Assembly: GCA_944320495.1 (NCBI GenBank)
Contig: CALUHR010000014.1
Location: 1 to 50,526, forward strand
Direction: 5' to 3'
Source of the DNA: Candidatus Methanomethylophilaceae archaeon
Lineage (GTDB): Archaea > Thermoplasmatota > Thermoplasmata > Methanomassiliicoccales > Methanomethylophilaceae
Length of the DNA stretch: 50,526 bases
A program made the translations under genes and the position numbers. Shown here one piece after another: positions 1 through 10,434 of this stretch; positions within the stretch are counted from its first letter, which is position 1, and each line of letters opens with the position of its first letter. The notes under the pieces were generated by a model. The model had not been told where the DNA came from, did not search any database, and worked only from the letters and a program-made list of their open reading frames with translations.

Positions 1-149
1 GATCTAGCAGTCAAACAGGTTTCGTATGAAAAATTCTCATCCTCCGAAAACCGCCTTATTTCTTTCATGTCTTCCGATCCATCGGTTCAGCGAAGGCTCC
101 GTCCGTCGCCGCCGTCCCCGCATCCGATCGGTGCTTCCCAGACGCCTCA

Positions 150-156
150 TTAAATA
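150..156 (+). promoter_or_regulatory. Archaeal TATA box (TTAAATA), probably for a leaderless transcript
   Basis: TTAAATA ends about 22 nt upstream of ATG 178. Similar TATA-to-ATG spacing recurs at 5050, 14602, 40686 and 47007. Confidence 0.5.
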
Positions 157-177
157 TCGTCGTTCGATGGACTCCGT

Positions 178-813
178 ATGTCGATCGTGACCATCCCGAG
201 TTCCGTCCCCTATGATTCGAACATCTTCCTCGTAGAGGGGGAACGCCCGATCCTCGTGGATTCCGGCACCGGGCAGGATTCTGGTACGGTCATAAGGCGC
301 ATACACGAGGTCTGCCCCGAGGGCCCTTCCATGATAGTGGCGACGCATTGCCACTACGACCACGCGGGAGGGCTGCACGATCTCGTCGAGGAGTTCGGCT
401 GCCCCGTCTACGCGGGATGGAGGGACGCCCCCGTCATCCGCCACCCGGATAGGCGCGATGTCGCGGCGCTATTCGGAGCGGCGATGAGGCCCGTGGATGC
501 GAAGGACCTGAGGGAGGGCGACGTCCTAGACTCTGGATCCCGCAGGTTCACGGTGCTGGAGACGCCCGGGCACACGGAGGGCAGCATCTGCCTCTACGAT
601 GAGGAATCTGGCACATTGATCTCCGGGGACACCCTGTTCCTCGGAGGATACGGCAGGACGGATTTCATGGGCGGGTCCTTCGACTCCATGCTCGCGTCCC
701 TCGTGCGTCTCAGCAAACTTGACATAAGGGAATTGTTTCCGGGTCATGGAAGCACGTGCGAAAGCTATACGCCCGGCATGATGGCCGAGGTGCTGAGAAT
801 GGCTGGTGTCTGA
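178..813 (+). CDS. MBL-fold metallo-hydrolase (glyoxalase II-like)
   Basis: THCHYDHAGG (HxHxDH) motif, TPGHTEGS, SGDTLF and FPGHG; 211 aa. Confidence 0.9.
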   Translation: MSIVTIPSSVPYDSNIFLVEGERPILVDSGTGQDSGTVIRRIHEVCPEGPSMIVATHCHYDHAGGLHDLVEEFGCPVYAGWRDAPVIRHPDRRDVAALFGAAMRPVDAKDLREGDVLDSGSRRFTVLETPGHTEGSICLYDEESGTLISGDTLFLGGYGRTDFMGGSFDSMLASLVRLSKLDIRELFPGHGSTCESYTPGMMAEVLRMAGV

Positions 814-1452
814 ATGAAGATAATAAAATGCGACTACACACACGGGTTCGATGTCCACTGCGAGGAGGCCGTCGCGGCCGCCGCCGAGGACATCGCCGAC
901 GGAAAGCTCATAGTGTACCCCACCGAGACCGTCTACGGCATCGGTGCCGACATCTACAACGAGTCGGCCGTCAAGGACCTGTACGTTGTCAAGAACAGGC
1001 CCTTCGACATGCCCCTCTCCGTGGCCGTGTCCGACAAGGCCATGCTCGAGAGGGTCGCTGTACTCAACGAGAACGCCGACAAGCTGATCAAGGCGTTCCT
1101 GCCCGGCCCACTGACCATCATCATCAAGAAGCAGCCCGATGTCCCGGACATCGTCACCTCATCCTCCCAGAAGGTCGGGATACGCATCCCCGACAACAGG
1201 TTCGCTCTTGAGCTCGTCAGGCGCACCGGGCCGATCGTCGCGACATCCGCCAACCTCCACTCCCATCCGGACGCGGTCGACGTGGATTCCGCGATCAACG
1301 ACTTCGGGGATGCCGTCGACACGTACATCGATGCCGGGGCCTGCACCATAGGGCAGCCCTCCACGATCGTCTGGCTCATGGACAACCAGGTCGAGATCGT
1401 GAGGCAGGGTGCCATCCCGGCCGACAGGATAAGGGAAGTCTTAGGATGCTGA
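814..1452 (+). CDS. tsaC: L-threonylcarbamoyladenylate synthase (YrdC/Sua5 family, no SUA5 C-terminal domain)
   Basis: VYPTETVYGIGA, KNRP..PL, PGPLT, VGIRIP and ATSAN motifs. Confidence 0.93.
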   Translation: MKIIKCDYTHGFDVHCEEAVAAAAEDIADGKLIVYPTETVYGIGADIYNESAVKDLYVVKNRPFDMPLSVAVSDKAMLERVAVLNENADKLIKAFLPGPLTIIIKKQPDVPDIVTSSSQKVGIRIPDNRFALELVRRTGPIVATSANLHSHPDAVDVDSAINDFGDAVDTYIDAGACTIGQPSTIVWLMDNQVEIVRQGAIPADRIREVLGC

Positions 1453-2336
1453 GTTCAGACGATCTCGAGAAGCTCCGCAAGGCCGGTCGCGTGTCCGGCG
1501 AGGCCAGGGAGCTGGGAATGTCCCTCGTGGCTGAGGGAGTGAAGCTTTACGACGTGGCACAGGAGGTCGAGGGTTACATCCGCGAGCACGGATGCGGCCT
1601 GGCGTTCCCCTGCAACATCAGCCGCAACGAGATGGCCGCCCACTACACGCCGTCCTGCAACGACAAGTCCGTGTTCGAGCTCGGCGACGTCGTCAAGATC
1701 GACTGCGGCGCCGAGCTGGACGGTTTCGTCGGCGACACCGCCGGGACGGTCGAGGTAGGCACCAAGAGGTACACGGAGCTCATCGAGTCGTCCAAGAGGG
1801 CCAGGAACACCGTGGCCGAGTTCATCGGCGACGGGGTCACCCTCGGCGAGATCGGCCGCACCGTGGAGATGAGCATGAAGAGGGACGGCTTCGTCCCCAT
1901 CGAGAACCTCTGCGGACACCAGATCGACAGGTACGAGCTCCACGCGGGGATGTCCGTCCCCAGCTACGACTCCGGGTCCACGGAGCTCATCAAGGCCGGC
2001 ATGACAGTCGCAATCGAGCCCTTCGCCACCGACGGCAAGGGCTACGTCAGGGACGGGAAGTTCGGGAACATCGTCAGGATCGCCAGAGACCGTCCGCTCT
2101 CGGACCCCAAGTCCCAGGAGTTCCTGGACTACGTCAAGGAGGAGTTCCACCAGTTCCCGTTCTGCGCCAGAAGCTGCGACTTCCCGGACGCCGAGAAGCA
2201 CGTCAGGAACCTGATGAGGCACGGGGTCCTCGCCGGGTTCGCCACCCTCATCGAGGCCGGCGGCGGCATGGTCTCGCAGCACGAGTACACATTCTACATC
2301 GACGGGAAGCGCGGAGAGGTCACCACCCTCCCGTGA
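1446..2336 (+). CDS. map: Type II methionine aminopeptidase
   Basis: AFPCNIS.NE.AAHYTP, KIDCGA..DG..GDTA, GHQI..Y.LHAG, AIEPFAT and SQHEYT motifs. Confidence 0.95.
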   Translation: MLSSDDLEKLRKAGRVSGEARELGMSLVAEGVKLYDVAQEVEGYIREHGCGLAFPCNISRNEMAAHYTPSCNDKSVFELGDVVKIDCGAELDGFVGDTAGTVEVGTKRYTELIESSKRARNTVAEFIGDGVTLGEIGRTVEMSMKRDGFVPIENLCGHQIDRYELHAGMSVPSYDSGSTELIKAGMTVAIEPFATDGKGYVRDGKFGNIVRIARDRPLSDPKSQEFLDYVKEEFHQFPFCARSCDFPDAEKHVRNLMRHGVLAGFATLIEAGGGMVSQHEYTFYIDGKRGEVTTLP

Positions 2337-2370
2337 CGCGTCGTTCCCAAACCCCTTAACCACCCATCGT

Positions 2371-2458
2371 GCCAGGGTAGCCGAGCCTGGTCAAAGGCGA
2401 GGGACTCAAGATCCCTTACCGCAGGGTTTCAAGGGTTCGAATCCCTTCCCTGGCACCA
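2371..2458 (+). tRNA. tRNA-Leu(CAA), with encoded CCA
   Basis: Acceptor stem GCCAGGG/CCCTGGC, anticodon arm AGGGA-CTCAAGA-TCCCT, long variable arm, T-arm AAGGG-TTCGAAT-CCCTT, then A-CCA. Confidence 0.95.
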
Positions 2459-2644
2459 CCCACATCCCGTCCGGGGCGTCCGGAGGTCCCGCGCTATCTT
2501 TATTTAATATAAGGGCTTCGCACGCCTCGCGTAAACTCAGGACCCCCTGTCGGAGACGGCACGGAACACTGAGAGCTCCTTCCCTTCGGGAACACCGGAG
2601 CTTGAGCACATCCCCTCGGGGATTCATTTACGGAGGTCATACAC

Positions 2645-3115
2645 ATGGCTAAGAAGAAAGAACAGAAGACGGAGGACGAGAACTTCAACTTCATCGTCCG
2701 TATCGTCAACACCGACAGCGACGGTCAAAAGAAGACCGTCGTCGAACTGCAGAGCATCAAGCGCGTCGGCAAAAGGGTCGCCCAGATCGTCGCCAAGAAG
2801 GCCGACGTCGACCCCCATGCCAAGATGGGTTCCCTCTCCGACGAGAAGGTCAAGGAGATCGAGAACCTCGTCAAGACCTACGTCGAGTACGCCCCCGTCT
2901 GGGCCATCAACAGGCAGAACGACTACGAGTCCGGTGCCGACATGCACCTGCTCGGGAACGACCTGGACATCATCCAGAAGGATGACATCAACAGGATGAA
3001 GATGATCCGCTGCTACCGCGGTGTCAGGCACGAGGGACGCCACAAGGTCAGGGGTCAGAGGACCCGCTCGAACGGCAGGCACGGGCTCACGCTCGGTGTC
3101 CAGAAGAAGTCCTGA
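2645..3115 (+). CDS. rps13: 30S ribosomal protein uS13
   Basis: YRGVRH...KVRGQRTRSNGR C-terminal motif; first gene of the archaeal S13-S4-S11-RpoD cluster; GGAGG Shine-Dalgarno. Confidence 0.96.
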   Translation: MAKKKEQKTEDENFNFIVRIVNTDSDGQKKTVVELQSIKRVGKRVAQIVAKKADVDPHAKMGSLSDEKVKEIENLVKTYVEYAPVWAINRQNDYESGADMHLLGNDLDIIQKDDINRMKMIRCYRGVRHEGRHKVRGQRTRSNGRHGLTLGVQKKS

Positions 3116-3125
3116 GGTGATTTGA

Positions 3126-3773
3126 ATGGGAGATCCTAAATTCTCACGCAAGACCTACGACACCCCCTCCCACCCCTGGCAGGGCGAGAGGATCAAGGCG
3201 GAGGTCGAGGTCGTCCGCGCTTTCGGACTCAAGAACAAGACCGAGGTCTGGAAGGCCGAGACCATCCTCAGGAACCTGAGGAAGCAGTCCAGGGACCTTC
3301 AGGCCCGCCTGAGGACCGGCGACAAGCAGGCCCAGAAGGAGGCCGACGCCCTTCTCGAGAAGTGCGCCAGGCTCGGATACCTGCCCACCGGCTCCAACCT
3401 GAACGACATCCTGTCCCTGAAGGACGAGGACGTCCTGTCCCGCAGGCTCCAGACCATCGTCTACGAGAAGGGACTGTCCAGCACCATCAAGCAGGCCCGC
3501 CAGATGATCACCCACGGCCACATCTTCATGAACGGCCACAGGGTGACCGTCCCCGGGTACCTCGTCACCAGGTTCGAGGAGTCCTCCATCGAGTACAACC
3601 CCTCGTCCCCCTACACCGACGAGATGCACCCCATGAGGGTGTCCGCCGAGCAGGCCGCCGCCAACGCCGCGGTCAGGGCCAAGGCGGTCGCAGAGCAGGA
3701 GGCCGCTGACGCGGCCGCAGCCAAGGCGGATGCCGCCGAGGCCGGGATCACAGCAGAGGACGGTGTTCACTGA
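3126..3773 (+). CDS. rps4: 30S ribosomal protein uS4
   Basis: [31 protein letters not shown] and [10 protein letters not shown] motifs; Ala-rich C-terminal tail. Confidence 0.97.
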   Translation: MGDPKFSRKTYDTPSHPWQGERIKAEVEVVRAFGLKNKTEVWKAETILRNLRKQSRDLQARLRTGDKQAQKEADALLEKCARLGYLPTGSNLNDILSLKDEDVLSRRLQTIVYEKGLSSTIKQARQMITHGHIFMNGHRVTVPGYLVTRFEESSIEYNPSSPYTDEMHPMRVSAEQAAANAAVRAKAVAEQEAADAAAAKADAAEAGITAEDGVH

Positions 3774-4159
3774 TGACCGCGAAATGGGGAATTGCCAACA
3801 TCTACGCCAGCTACAACAACATCATGATCACCCTCACCGACATCACCGGTGCCGAGACCATCACCAAGGCCACCGGCGGAATGGTCGTCAAGCAGGCCAA
3901 GGACGAGTCCTCGCCCTACGCCGCCCAGAAGGCTGCCGAGAAGGTCGCCGAGGCCGCGAAGGAGAAGGAGTTCGTCGGGATCCACGTCAGGGTCAGGGCC
4001 CCCGGTGGCAACAGGTCCACCTCTCCGGGACCCGGAGCCCAGGCCGCGATCCGCGCCCTCACCAGAGCCGGCCTCAAGATCGGCCGCATCGAGGATGTCA
4101 CACCCATACCGCACGACGGTACCAAGAAGAAGGGCGGACGCAGGGGACGCAGGGTCTGA
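3773..4159 (+). CDS. rps11: 30S ribosomal protein uS11
   Basis: [19 protein letters not shown] and [21 protein letters not shown] motifs. Confidence 0.97.
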   Translation: MTAKWGIANIYASYNNIMITLTDITGAETITKATGGMVVKQAKDESSPYAAQKAAEKVAEAAKEKEFVGIHVRVRAPGGNRSTSPGPGAQAAIRALTRAGLKIGRIEDVTPIPHDGTKKKGGRRGRRV

Positions 4160-4170
4160 GGGGTGACCTC

Positions 4171-5013
4171 ATGGAGATAGAGATTCTCGAAATGGCGGAG
4201 AGGAGGGCCAGGTTCATCCTGCGCAACTCGTCTCCCGCCATGGCGAACGCCCTCAGGAGGACGCTCCTCTCGGACATCCCCAAGATGGCGATCGACAAGG
4301 TGGAGTTCCACCTCGGTCCCATCATGGACGGCGAGAAGGAGTATGAGAGCATGACGCCCCTGTTCGATGAGATCATCGCCCACAGACTCGGCATGGTCCC
4401 GGTCCCCACGGACCTGGACCTGTTCGTACCCCAGGACCAGTGCACCTGCGGCGGCGAGGGCTGCCCGAACTGCTCCATCATGTACAGCCTGAACAAGCAC
4501 GGGCCGTGCACGGTGCTCTCGGGAGACCTCATGCCGCTGGGGAACCCAGACCTCAAGGTGAAGGACGAGTTCATCCCGCTGGTGGAGCTGACCGACGGCC
4601 AGGCCGTCATGATCTACGCCACCGCCGTGATGGGCACGGCCAAGAAGCACGTGAAGTGGCAGGTCTGCAACGGGGTCGGGTACTCGTACCTCCCCGTCAT
4701 AGACATCGACTCCGGCCGCGCCTCCGACGAGGCCGTGCTGGAGGCCGCCTCCGTGTGCCCCAAGCACGTCTACGCCGTCGAGGACGGGAAGCTCGTCGCC
4801 AAGGACCCCCTCGCATGCAACCTCTGCATGAGCTGCATCGAGAGGGTCGGCTCCGACCGCGGACTCAGCGTCCGCGGGGACGAGACGAACTTCATCTTCA
4901 AGTTCGAGACCGACGGCTCCCTCACCGCGAGGCAGGCGCTCGACAAGGCCGTGGAGATCCTCTCCAAGGAGGCCGACGAGTTCGCCGAGGGCATCGAGGC
5001 CCTGGCCCAGTGA
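4171..5013 (+). CDS. rpoD: DNA-directed RNA polymerase subunit D (Rpo3), with Fe-S domain
   Basis: Starts at ATG 4171 after GGGGTGA, inside ORF 3730..5013. ANALRR, DEIIAHRLGMVP, CPKHV...CNLCMSC and FKFETDGSL motifs. Confidence 0.95.
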   Translation: MEIEILEMAERRARFILRNSSPAMANALRRTLLSDIPKMAIDKVEFHLGPIMDGEKEYESMTPLFDEIIAHRLGMVPVPTDLDLFVPQDQCTCGGEGCPNCSIMYSLNKHGPCTVLSGDLMPLGNPDLKVKDEFIPLVELTDGQAVMIYATAVMGTAKKHVKWQVCNGVGYSYLPVIDIDSGRASDEAVLEAASVCPKHVYAVEDGKLVAKDPLACNLCMSCIERVGSDRGLSVRGDETNFIFKFETDGSLTARQALDKAVEILSKEADEFAEGIEALAQ

Positions 5014-5020
5014 AACTTCA

Positions 5021-5040
5021 GCCCGGCCTTCGGGCCGGGC
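5021..5040 (+). terminator. Hairpin after rpoD (GCCCGGCC-TTCG-GGCCGGGC)
   Basis: Perfect 8-bp stem with a cUUCGg tetraloop, 8 nt after the stop. Confidence 0.6.
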
Positions 5041-5075
5041 GACACCCCCTTATATCTCCCCGTATTCGGCGCCGC

Positions 5076-5981
5076 ATGAAGGTATGCCCCAAGTGCGGCC
5101 AGGTCACCAACGACGATTCCGACGAGTTCTGCATCAAGTGCGGAGCCTACTTCACGGATCAGAGGAAGGGTCCGTCCCAGCAGACCTCCGCGATCTCCGC
5201 CGCAATGGGCATGACCGCCCCCCATGTGAGGGAGGAGCCGGTCCCCGTCCCCGAAGGAGGGACACTGCAGGCCGGGATGGACGACATGTCCTCCGGGAAC
5301 TTCCCGGAGGGGGTGGCGCAGTGGACCTCGTGGGTAAGGTCCGCGGGGGAGCCCTCGGAGGTCGACTACCGCTCGATGGTGGTCTCCGCCTGCGACTGCA
5401 TCATGTCCACCGTGGGGGACGGCCAGGCCCACAGCCGCGCCGGGCTCGCGGAGCTGGCGATGGAGCTGGAGGCCGACCTCCTGCAGGACATGTCCGCGGA
5501 GCTGATGTCGAGGCTCGGAGGGCTGACGACCATGGTCCAGGCGGGCGACCTCGCCACCGAGTGCATGTACCTGGCGATGGAGGCCTTCAGCGTCTACCCA
5601 GACCTGAGGGACGTCCTCGAGGCCATGGAGGCGCTCCCCGGACAGATGGACGCGATCTCCGCCGCCTCCGCATCGATGGAGCCCGATGACGGGAGGGCTG
5701 CGAGGCTCACCGAGACCTACTCGTCCTACGCCCGCATGATGGACGGCGCGATGCGCACGGAGATCGGGAAGGCCGGCGACGAGAGGATGGACAGGCTCGC
5801 GGACTACTGGTCCTCCAAGGCCAGGCTCCCGTACGCCGACATAGCGTACCAGATCGCCAGTCTCCACACCCAGATCTTCGCGATGAAGAACGTCGGCAGG
5901 TTCGCCGGCAAGCTCCTCAAGAAGGGCCTCGACATGCAGATCGAGGGCTTCGTCAGGTCCTACTTCGGCCCCAAGGTGCGA
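5076..5981 (+). CDS. Zinc-ribbon-containing hypothetical protein (301 aa if CGA at 5979 is a stop)
   Basis: TTATAT at 5050, N-terminal CPKC...CIKC ribbon and host-like codon usage up to 5978. In the standard code it runs on to 7853 as antisense of polC. Confidence 0.8.
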
Positions 5982-8900
5982 TCGGAAGAAGTCCGACAGC
6001 TTGCACTTCTTGACCTTGTCGTTGTTGAAGACGGAGTCCATCGACATCTCCAGGAGCTCCACGCGCTCCTTGGTGTACTCGTCGAGCCCGTACTTCTCGC
6101 CGATGGTCTTGGAGATCTCCAGGTACTTCTTGACGGACGCCTCGTGGACGGTCAGCGTCAGCGCGTTGCCGCACTTGGTGCACTTCCCGGCCAGGGGCAT
6201 GCGCCTGTACTTCTCGCCGCACTTGGTGCATCTGACGGTCTGGGTGGAGAAGCTCCTCAGGTTCCCGATCATGTCCGGGAGGAAGTGCTTGTTCAGCACC
6301 CTGCGGGCGACGTCCTGCTCGTTGACGGCGCGGATCTTCTTCCCGAGCATGAGCTGGGCGTCCATCTTGTCCATCATGGTCTCCAGGGTGGTGTAGGCGG
6401 AGTACTTCGGACCCTCCGAGATGTCGCGGGTGTCGTGCGTGAAGCCCAGGTGCTCGTACTGGTCAGGGGTGCCGATCCTCCCCGCGATGAGGTCCATGAT
6501 CTTCTCGATCTCCTTCGGCTCCTTCATGTCCATCGCGGCGCGGTAGAGCTCGATGGGGTAGTGCCTGAGGCAGTCCACGTTGTGGGCCTCCTTGTCGATC
6601 TCGTTGGGGTCCAGCCTCGTCGTGAGGACCAGCGGCGCATCCATCTGGCCGCCCCTGCGGTCCGGGAGGAAGGTCTTGGAGAAGTTCAGCAGGCCGTCCA
6701 TGGCCAGGATGAGACAGTCCTCGTCGCCGTCGCAGTTCCTCCTCTTGGCGGCGTGGAAGAACGGGTGGCCGTAGCATCCGCGGACGTCGGCGTAGCCGAT
6801 GATCCTGCACAGGATGCATCCGGACGTGTGGGGCGCCAGGCCGAACACGATGTGGCCGATGAGGTCGAAGCGGTTCTGGACGTTGTAGTAGCGGGGCAGA
6901 TGGTACAGCCTCTCGAGCTCGTCGTCCAGGAACCTCGCGACCTTAACCAGGTAGTCCCCGCAGTCCTTGGCCGGTATGACGTCCTGCACCCTCAGCTCGC
7001 AGATCTGCTCGGGGTCCGTGAGCGGGTCGCCGTTCCAGTCGTGGGTGTAGCCGATCTCGTGGGCCTTCTCGATGCTCAGGCCGATCTCCCTGGGCTTGAA
7101 GTGGGTGATGGGGATGTCGGTCATGTCGAACCTGACCGTCCCGTCCTTGAAGCAGCTGATGCCGTTCTTCTGTCTCAGGATGCCCTTCTCGACGGCCTCG
7201 CAGGTCTTGGTCTTGGAGATGAGTGCGTCGAGGCACTTCAGCTCCGACGGGGGCCTCTCGCCGACCTGCTCGCAGGCGGCCTTGAACTCCTCCTCCAGGG
7301 GGATGCCGAGGGGCGCGGGGCCCATGTTGCCGAAGTCGTTCTGCCTCGGGACGTACTCCGTATGGGAGCCGCAGACCCTGCACCAGTTGCGGAAGGTGTA
7401 GTTCCTGCAGACGGGGCACAGCCTGTTGCCCACGTCCACGGTGACCTCCGGCTTGCCGCCCTTGCGGGATGCGGCGGAGGACCTGGCGGCGGCGATGGCG
7501 CTGTTCATCTCCCTGCCGGCGTCCGCGTCCTTGCCGACGGGGAACAGGGAATGGACCTTGGGGGTCATCTCGCGCTCCTTCGCCTTCTCCGGACGGCCCA
7601 TCCTGGTGCCGATGCGGGTCATGGCGCGGGCGCGGACCTCGTATCCGGTGGCCCTGCTGATGGCCTCCAGGGTGCTGGACCCCTCGAGTTCCGGTCCGGG
7701 TTCGAGACGGTCTCCGGCGACCTTCACGCCGAGGCAGTCCAGCATGGGCATGGAGTACACCTCGTCGATTACCAGGCGCCCGTCCCTGACGACGTGGAGG
7801 GCGCAGAGGTCCTCCAGCATGCGCTTCTGGACGGGGTCGTTGGCGACCGATAGGTTGACGCCGTCGTAGGACCCGGTGGCCAGCACGTGCTCCCTGAGGG
7901 ACCTGATCCTGTCCAGCTCCCAGTCGGACCAGAACAGGTTGAACTTGGGGTGGAGGGGCACGCCCATCGTGGCGCACATCTCCTTGGCGCGCTCGTAGGT
8001 GGGGTCGCGCCAGTCGGCCGGGAGCTCCCCCTTCTCCTTCAGCTCGAGCTCGTGCCACTCTATCGGGTATCCGCAGGGGACGAGAGTGTGGTTGTTCTCG
8101 CAGAACTCGCCGAAGGGGACGAGGATCTCGCCGTTGTCCACGATCTCGGAGATCTGGTCGTGGATCTCGATGGCCTGCTTGGCCGTGCCCACGTAGACGA
8201 GGTCGCCGTTCTTCAGCAGGACCGTCGGCCCCTCGAGCTGGTCGCAGGGCGTGACGACGGAGGCCTTGCCGGGCCTCTCGATCTTGAGCTGGGTGCCGAT
8301 GGCCATGAACTCGTCCATCACGTACATGGCGGGGACGCTGTAGGCCAGGGACGCCAGCCCGGAGGTGCGCGCCCTGCCGTATCTGAGCCTGAAGCCACCG
8401 ACGGCGCAGGGGTGCCCGAATATGGGGCGTCCGGCGACGATGTCCATGAGGTACTTCTCCTTGGGCTCGACCCTCTTGGGGGCGTCGCTGTTGGCGTCGG
8501 GCTTCTTGTCCGCCTTGTGGGCGTCCAGGTACTTGCCGATGAACTCCCATCCGGTCATGCCGAGCTTGTCGACGTGCTTCTTCAGCTTGGAGGCCTTCTG
8601 GCACATCCCCTCGGCGATGACCAGGCAGGCGCCTCCCCTGACGCGGTTGGTCTCGATCCTGGGGAGGTCCCTGAAGCCGGAGATCTCCATCGTCTCGGTG
8701 CCCTCGCCGTCGACGCAGACGGGGCAGTTCCTCACGATGAGGTCTATCTCCTCGGACGTCGGGGTGTACTGCAGGTGCTGGCACTGCTTGTAGAGGGGGA
8801 TCTCCTCGTCGAACCTGGCGATCTCGCCCTCGGTGGGGATGTACTTTCCTATGCCGAGCTCGGTCCTGACGACGTCCGCGATGAGGACGCTCATGGCCTG

Positions 8901-9371
8901 TCCGGTCCCCCCTGCGGCGCGGATGGGTCCGGCGAAGATCAGGTCCACGTAGGTGGAGCCGTCGGAGTTCCTGCCGATGCGCGTGTCCGCTATGCCCTCG
9001 AGCGGGGCGACCAGGATCCCCTCGGTGAGGACGGCGAGACCGACCCTCACGGCCCTGTCCAGGGCCTTCTCCTGGCTCTCGGCGGGGCGCTTGGCCATCT
9101 CCCTGGCGACCATCAGGGCCACGAGCTCGCGGTTCCCGAGCTCGGCCGTGAGGCGCCTGATGTCCTCGGCGACGCCCTCGACGTGGTAGTCCGCCAGGAG
9201 CTTCTCCACACGGGACGCGAGGTCCTCCGCCTGGGGGATCTCCACGTCGGTCATGGGGTCGAACCCCATGGACCTGGCCTTCCTGGCTATGTCGTAGCAC
9301 TCCTCGTTCTTCCTCGAGAGCTCCGAGAAGTACGCCTGCATCTCCTCGCTGCAGGCGGGGCCGCCGGTCAT
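5982..9371 (-). CDS. polC: DNA polymerase D large subunit DP2 (1129 aa if CGA at 5984-5982 is a stop)
   Basis: GPIRAAGGT, GRPIF, GGFRLRYGRARTSG, RIGTRMGRPEKA, AKRRNCDGDED, LTTRLDP.EID.EAHN and the C-terminal Zn site CTKC..CTKC. The acidic-hydrophobic tail KLSDFF is followed by CGA. The standard code reads on to 4770. Confidence 0.96.
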
Positions 9372-10366
9372 TCCTCCTCTTCCTCCGCCGCCTTGCGGCG
9401 GGCGACCGAGCGGAGCTCCTCCATGAGCCTCTCCGTGAGGACGTCCATGTCCTCCCCGGTCTGGGCTGAGAAGTGGATCCTGTCGTCGCCGGTCTTGAGG
9501 ATGTCGCTCTTGCTCTCGGCCTCGATGATGACGACGCCCGGGAACCCCTTCCTGACGGTGGCGAGCAGCCTCTCCTGCATCTCCATGGGGAACCCGCAGG
9601 TCTCCGACGGGTCGAGGACGAACAGCATGACGTCCGTGAGGTACCTCAGGGCGAGGACGGCCTGCTTCTCGATGTCGTTCCTCCTGTCGAACTCCCTGTC
9701 CAGGAGCCCGGGGGTGTCGATGATCTGGTACTTGCGCCAGTCGTCCTGGATGTGGCCGACTATGACGCCCTTGGTGGTGAACGGGTAGGGCGCGATCTCG
9801 GGCTCCGCGCTGGAGAGCACGGTGACGAGGTTGCTCTTCCCGACGTTGGGGAACCCGGCGACGACGACGGTCGGCAGCTTGGGGTCCACGGCGGGGAGCC
9901 TCCTGAACTTGTTCTTGGCGTCCTGCAGGAACAGCAGGTCGTCGGAGATGCGGTCGACGTAGGAGTTGAGCCTCCCATAGAAGCTCCTCCTGGCGGCCTC
10001 GACGATCTCCGGGTCCTTGGTCCTGCGGATGTCCCTGAGCGTGTCGTTCCTCAGCTTGTCCGCCCTGGTGGCGCACCAGTTGACGGCGCCCAGCGCCTTC
10101 TTGTAGCGGTCGATGCCGATGACGATGTCCACCAGCTCGGGGAGGAAGTCGTCCTCCTTCTCCAGTCTGGGGAAGCGCTCCACGTATCCGTTCAGCGCCG
10201 TGACCACGATGTCCCCGGATGCGGTGACCTTCGCCAGCGCCGTCTTCTTCTTGGTGTCCAGCGAGCTTACGCCCTCCTTGCGGATCTTGGATGCCCTGTG
10301 GAAAGCCTTCTCCATGAGCTCCTCCGAGGTGAGGACGGTGGGTATCTTGAAATCCATCGCGGCCAT
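9368..10366 (-). CDS. NOG1-family GTP-binding protein
   Basis: VAGFPNVGKS, PYPFTTKG and DTPGLLDR motifs. Start is ATG 10366 or 10357; ATGA overlap with the polC start. Confidence 0.92.
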   Translation of the reverse strand: MAAMDFKIPTVLTSEELMEKAFHRASKIRKEGVSSLDTKKKTALAKVTASGDIVVTALNGYVERFPRLEKEDDFLPELVDIVIGIDRYKKALGAVNWCATRADKLRNDTLRDIRRTKDPEIVEAARRSFYGRLNSYVDRISDDLLFLQDAKNKFRRLPAVDPKLPTVVVAGFPNVGKSNLVTVLSSAEPEIAPYPFTTKGVIVGHIQDDWRKYQIIDTPGLLDREFDRRNDIEKQAVLALRYLTDVMLFVLDPSETCGFPMEMQERLLATVRKGFPGVVIIEAESKSDILKTGDDRIHFSAQTGEDMDVLTERLMEELRSVARRKAAEEEEE

Positions 10367-10434
10367 GGCCGGAGGATGCGCACGCGCATATAAGGGGATG
10401 GGGTCCGACTCCCCCGGGCGTACGGTGCGGACGG

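Noticed and set aside
1-68. Possible minus-strand gene starting at ATG 68 and leaving the window
   Set aside because: Only 22 codons are visible, with no recognisable motif.
2371-2458. tRNA-Leu as an integration site for the defence island
   Set aside because: No second copy of the tRNA 3' end and no integrase seen in the window; the island is 20 kb away.
5979-5984. GATC-methylation base-calling error as the general explanation for CGA ends
   Set aside because: Only 4 of 11 CGA ends (5979 and 5984, which share one site, plus 21790 and 48362) are in GATC. TGATCA is intact elsewhere (for example 31559). Random T-to-C or A-to-G errors would not concentrate on stops or leave zero internal CGA. 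Disfavoured, but not excluded without raw reads.
4440-10076. Giant overlapping ORFs 4440..7853 (+, 1137 aa) and 4770..10076 (-, 1768 aa) as real bidirectional or fused proteins
   Set aside because: Both are chimeras of upstream off-frame sequence, a real gene and antisense run-on past the CGATCG junction. They are explained by the CGA stop.
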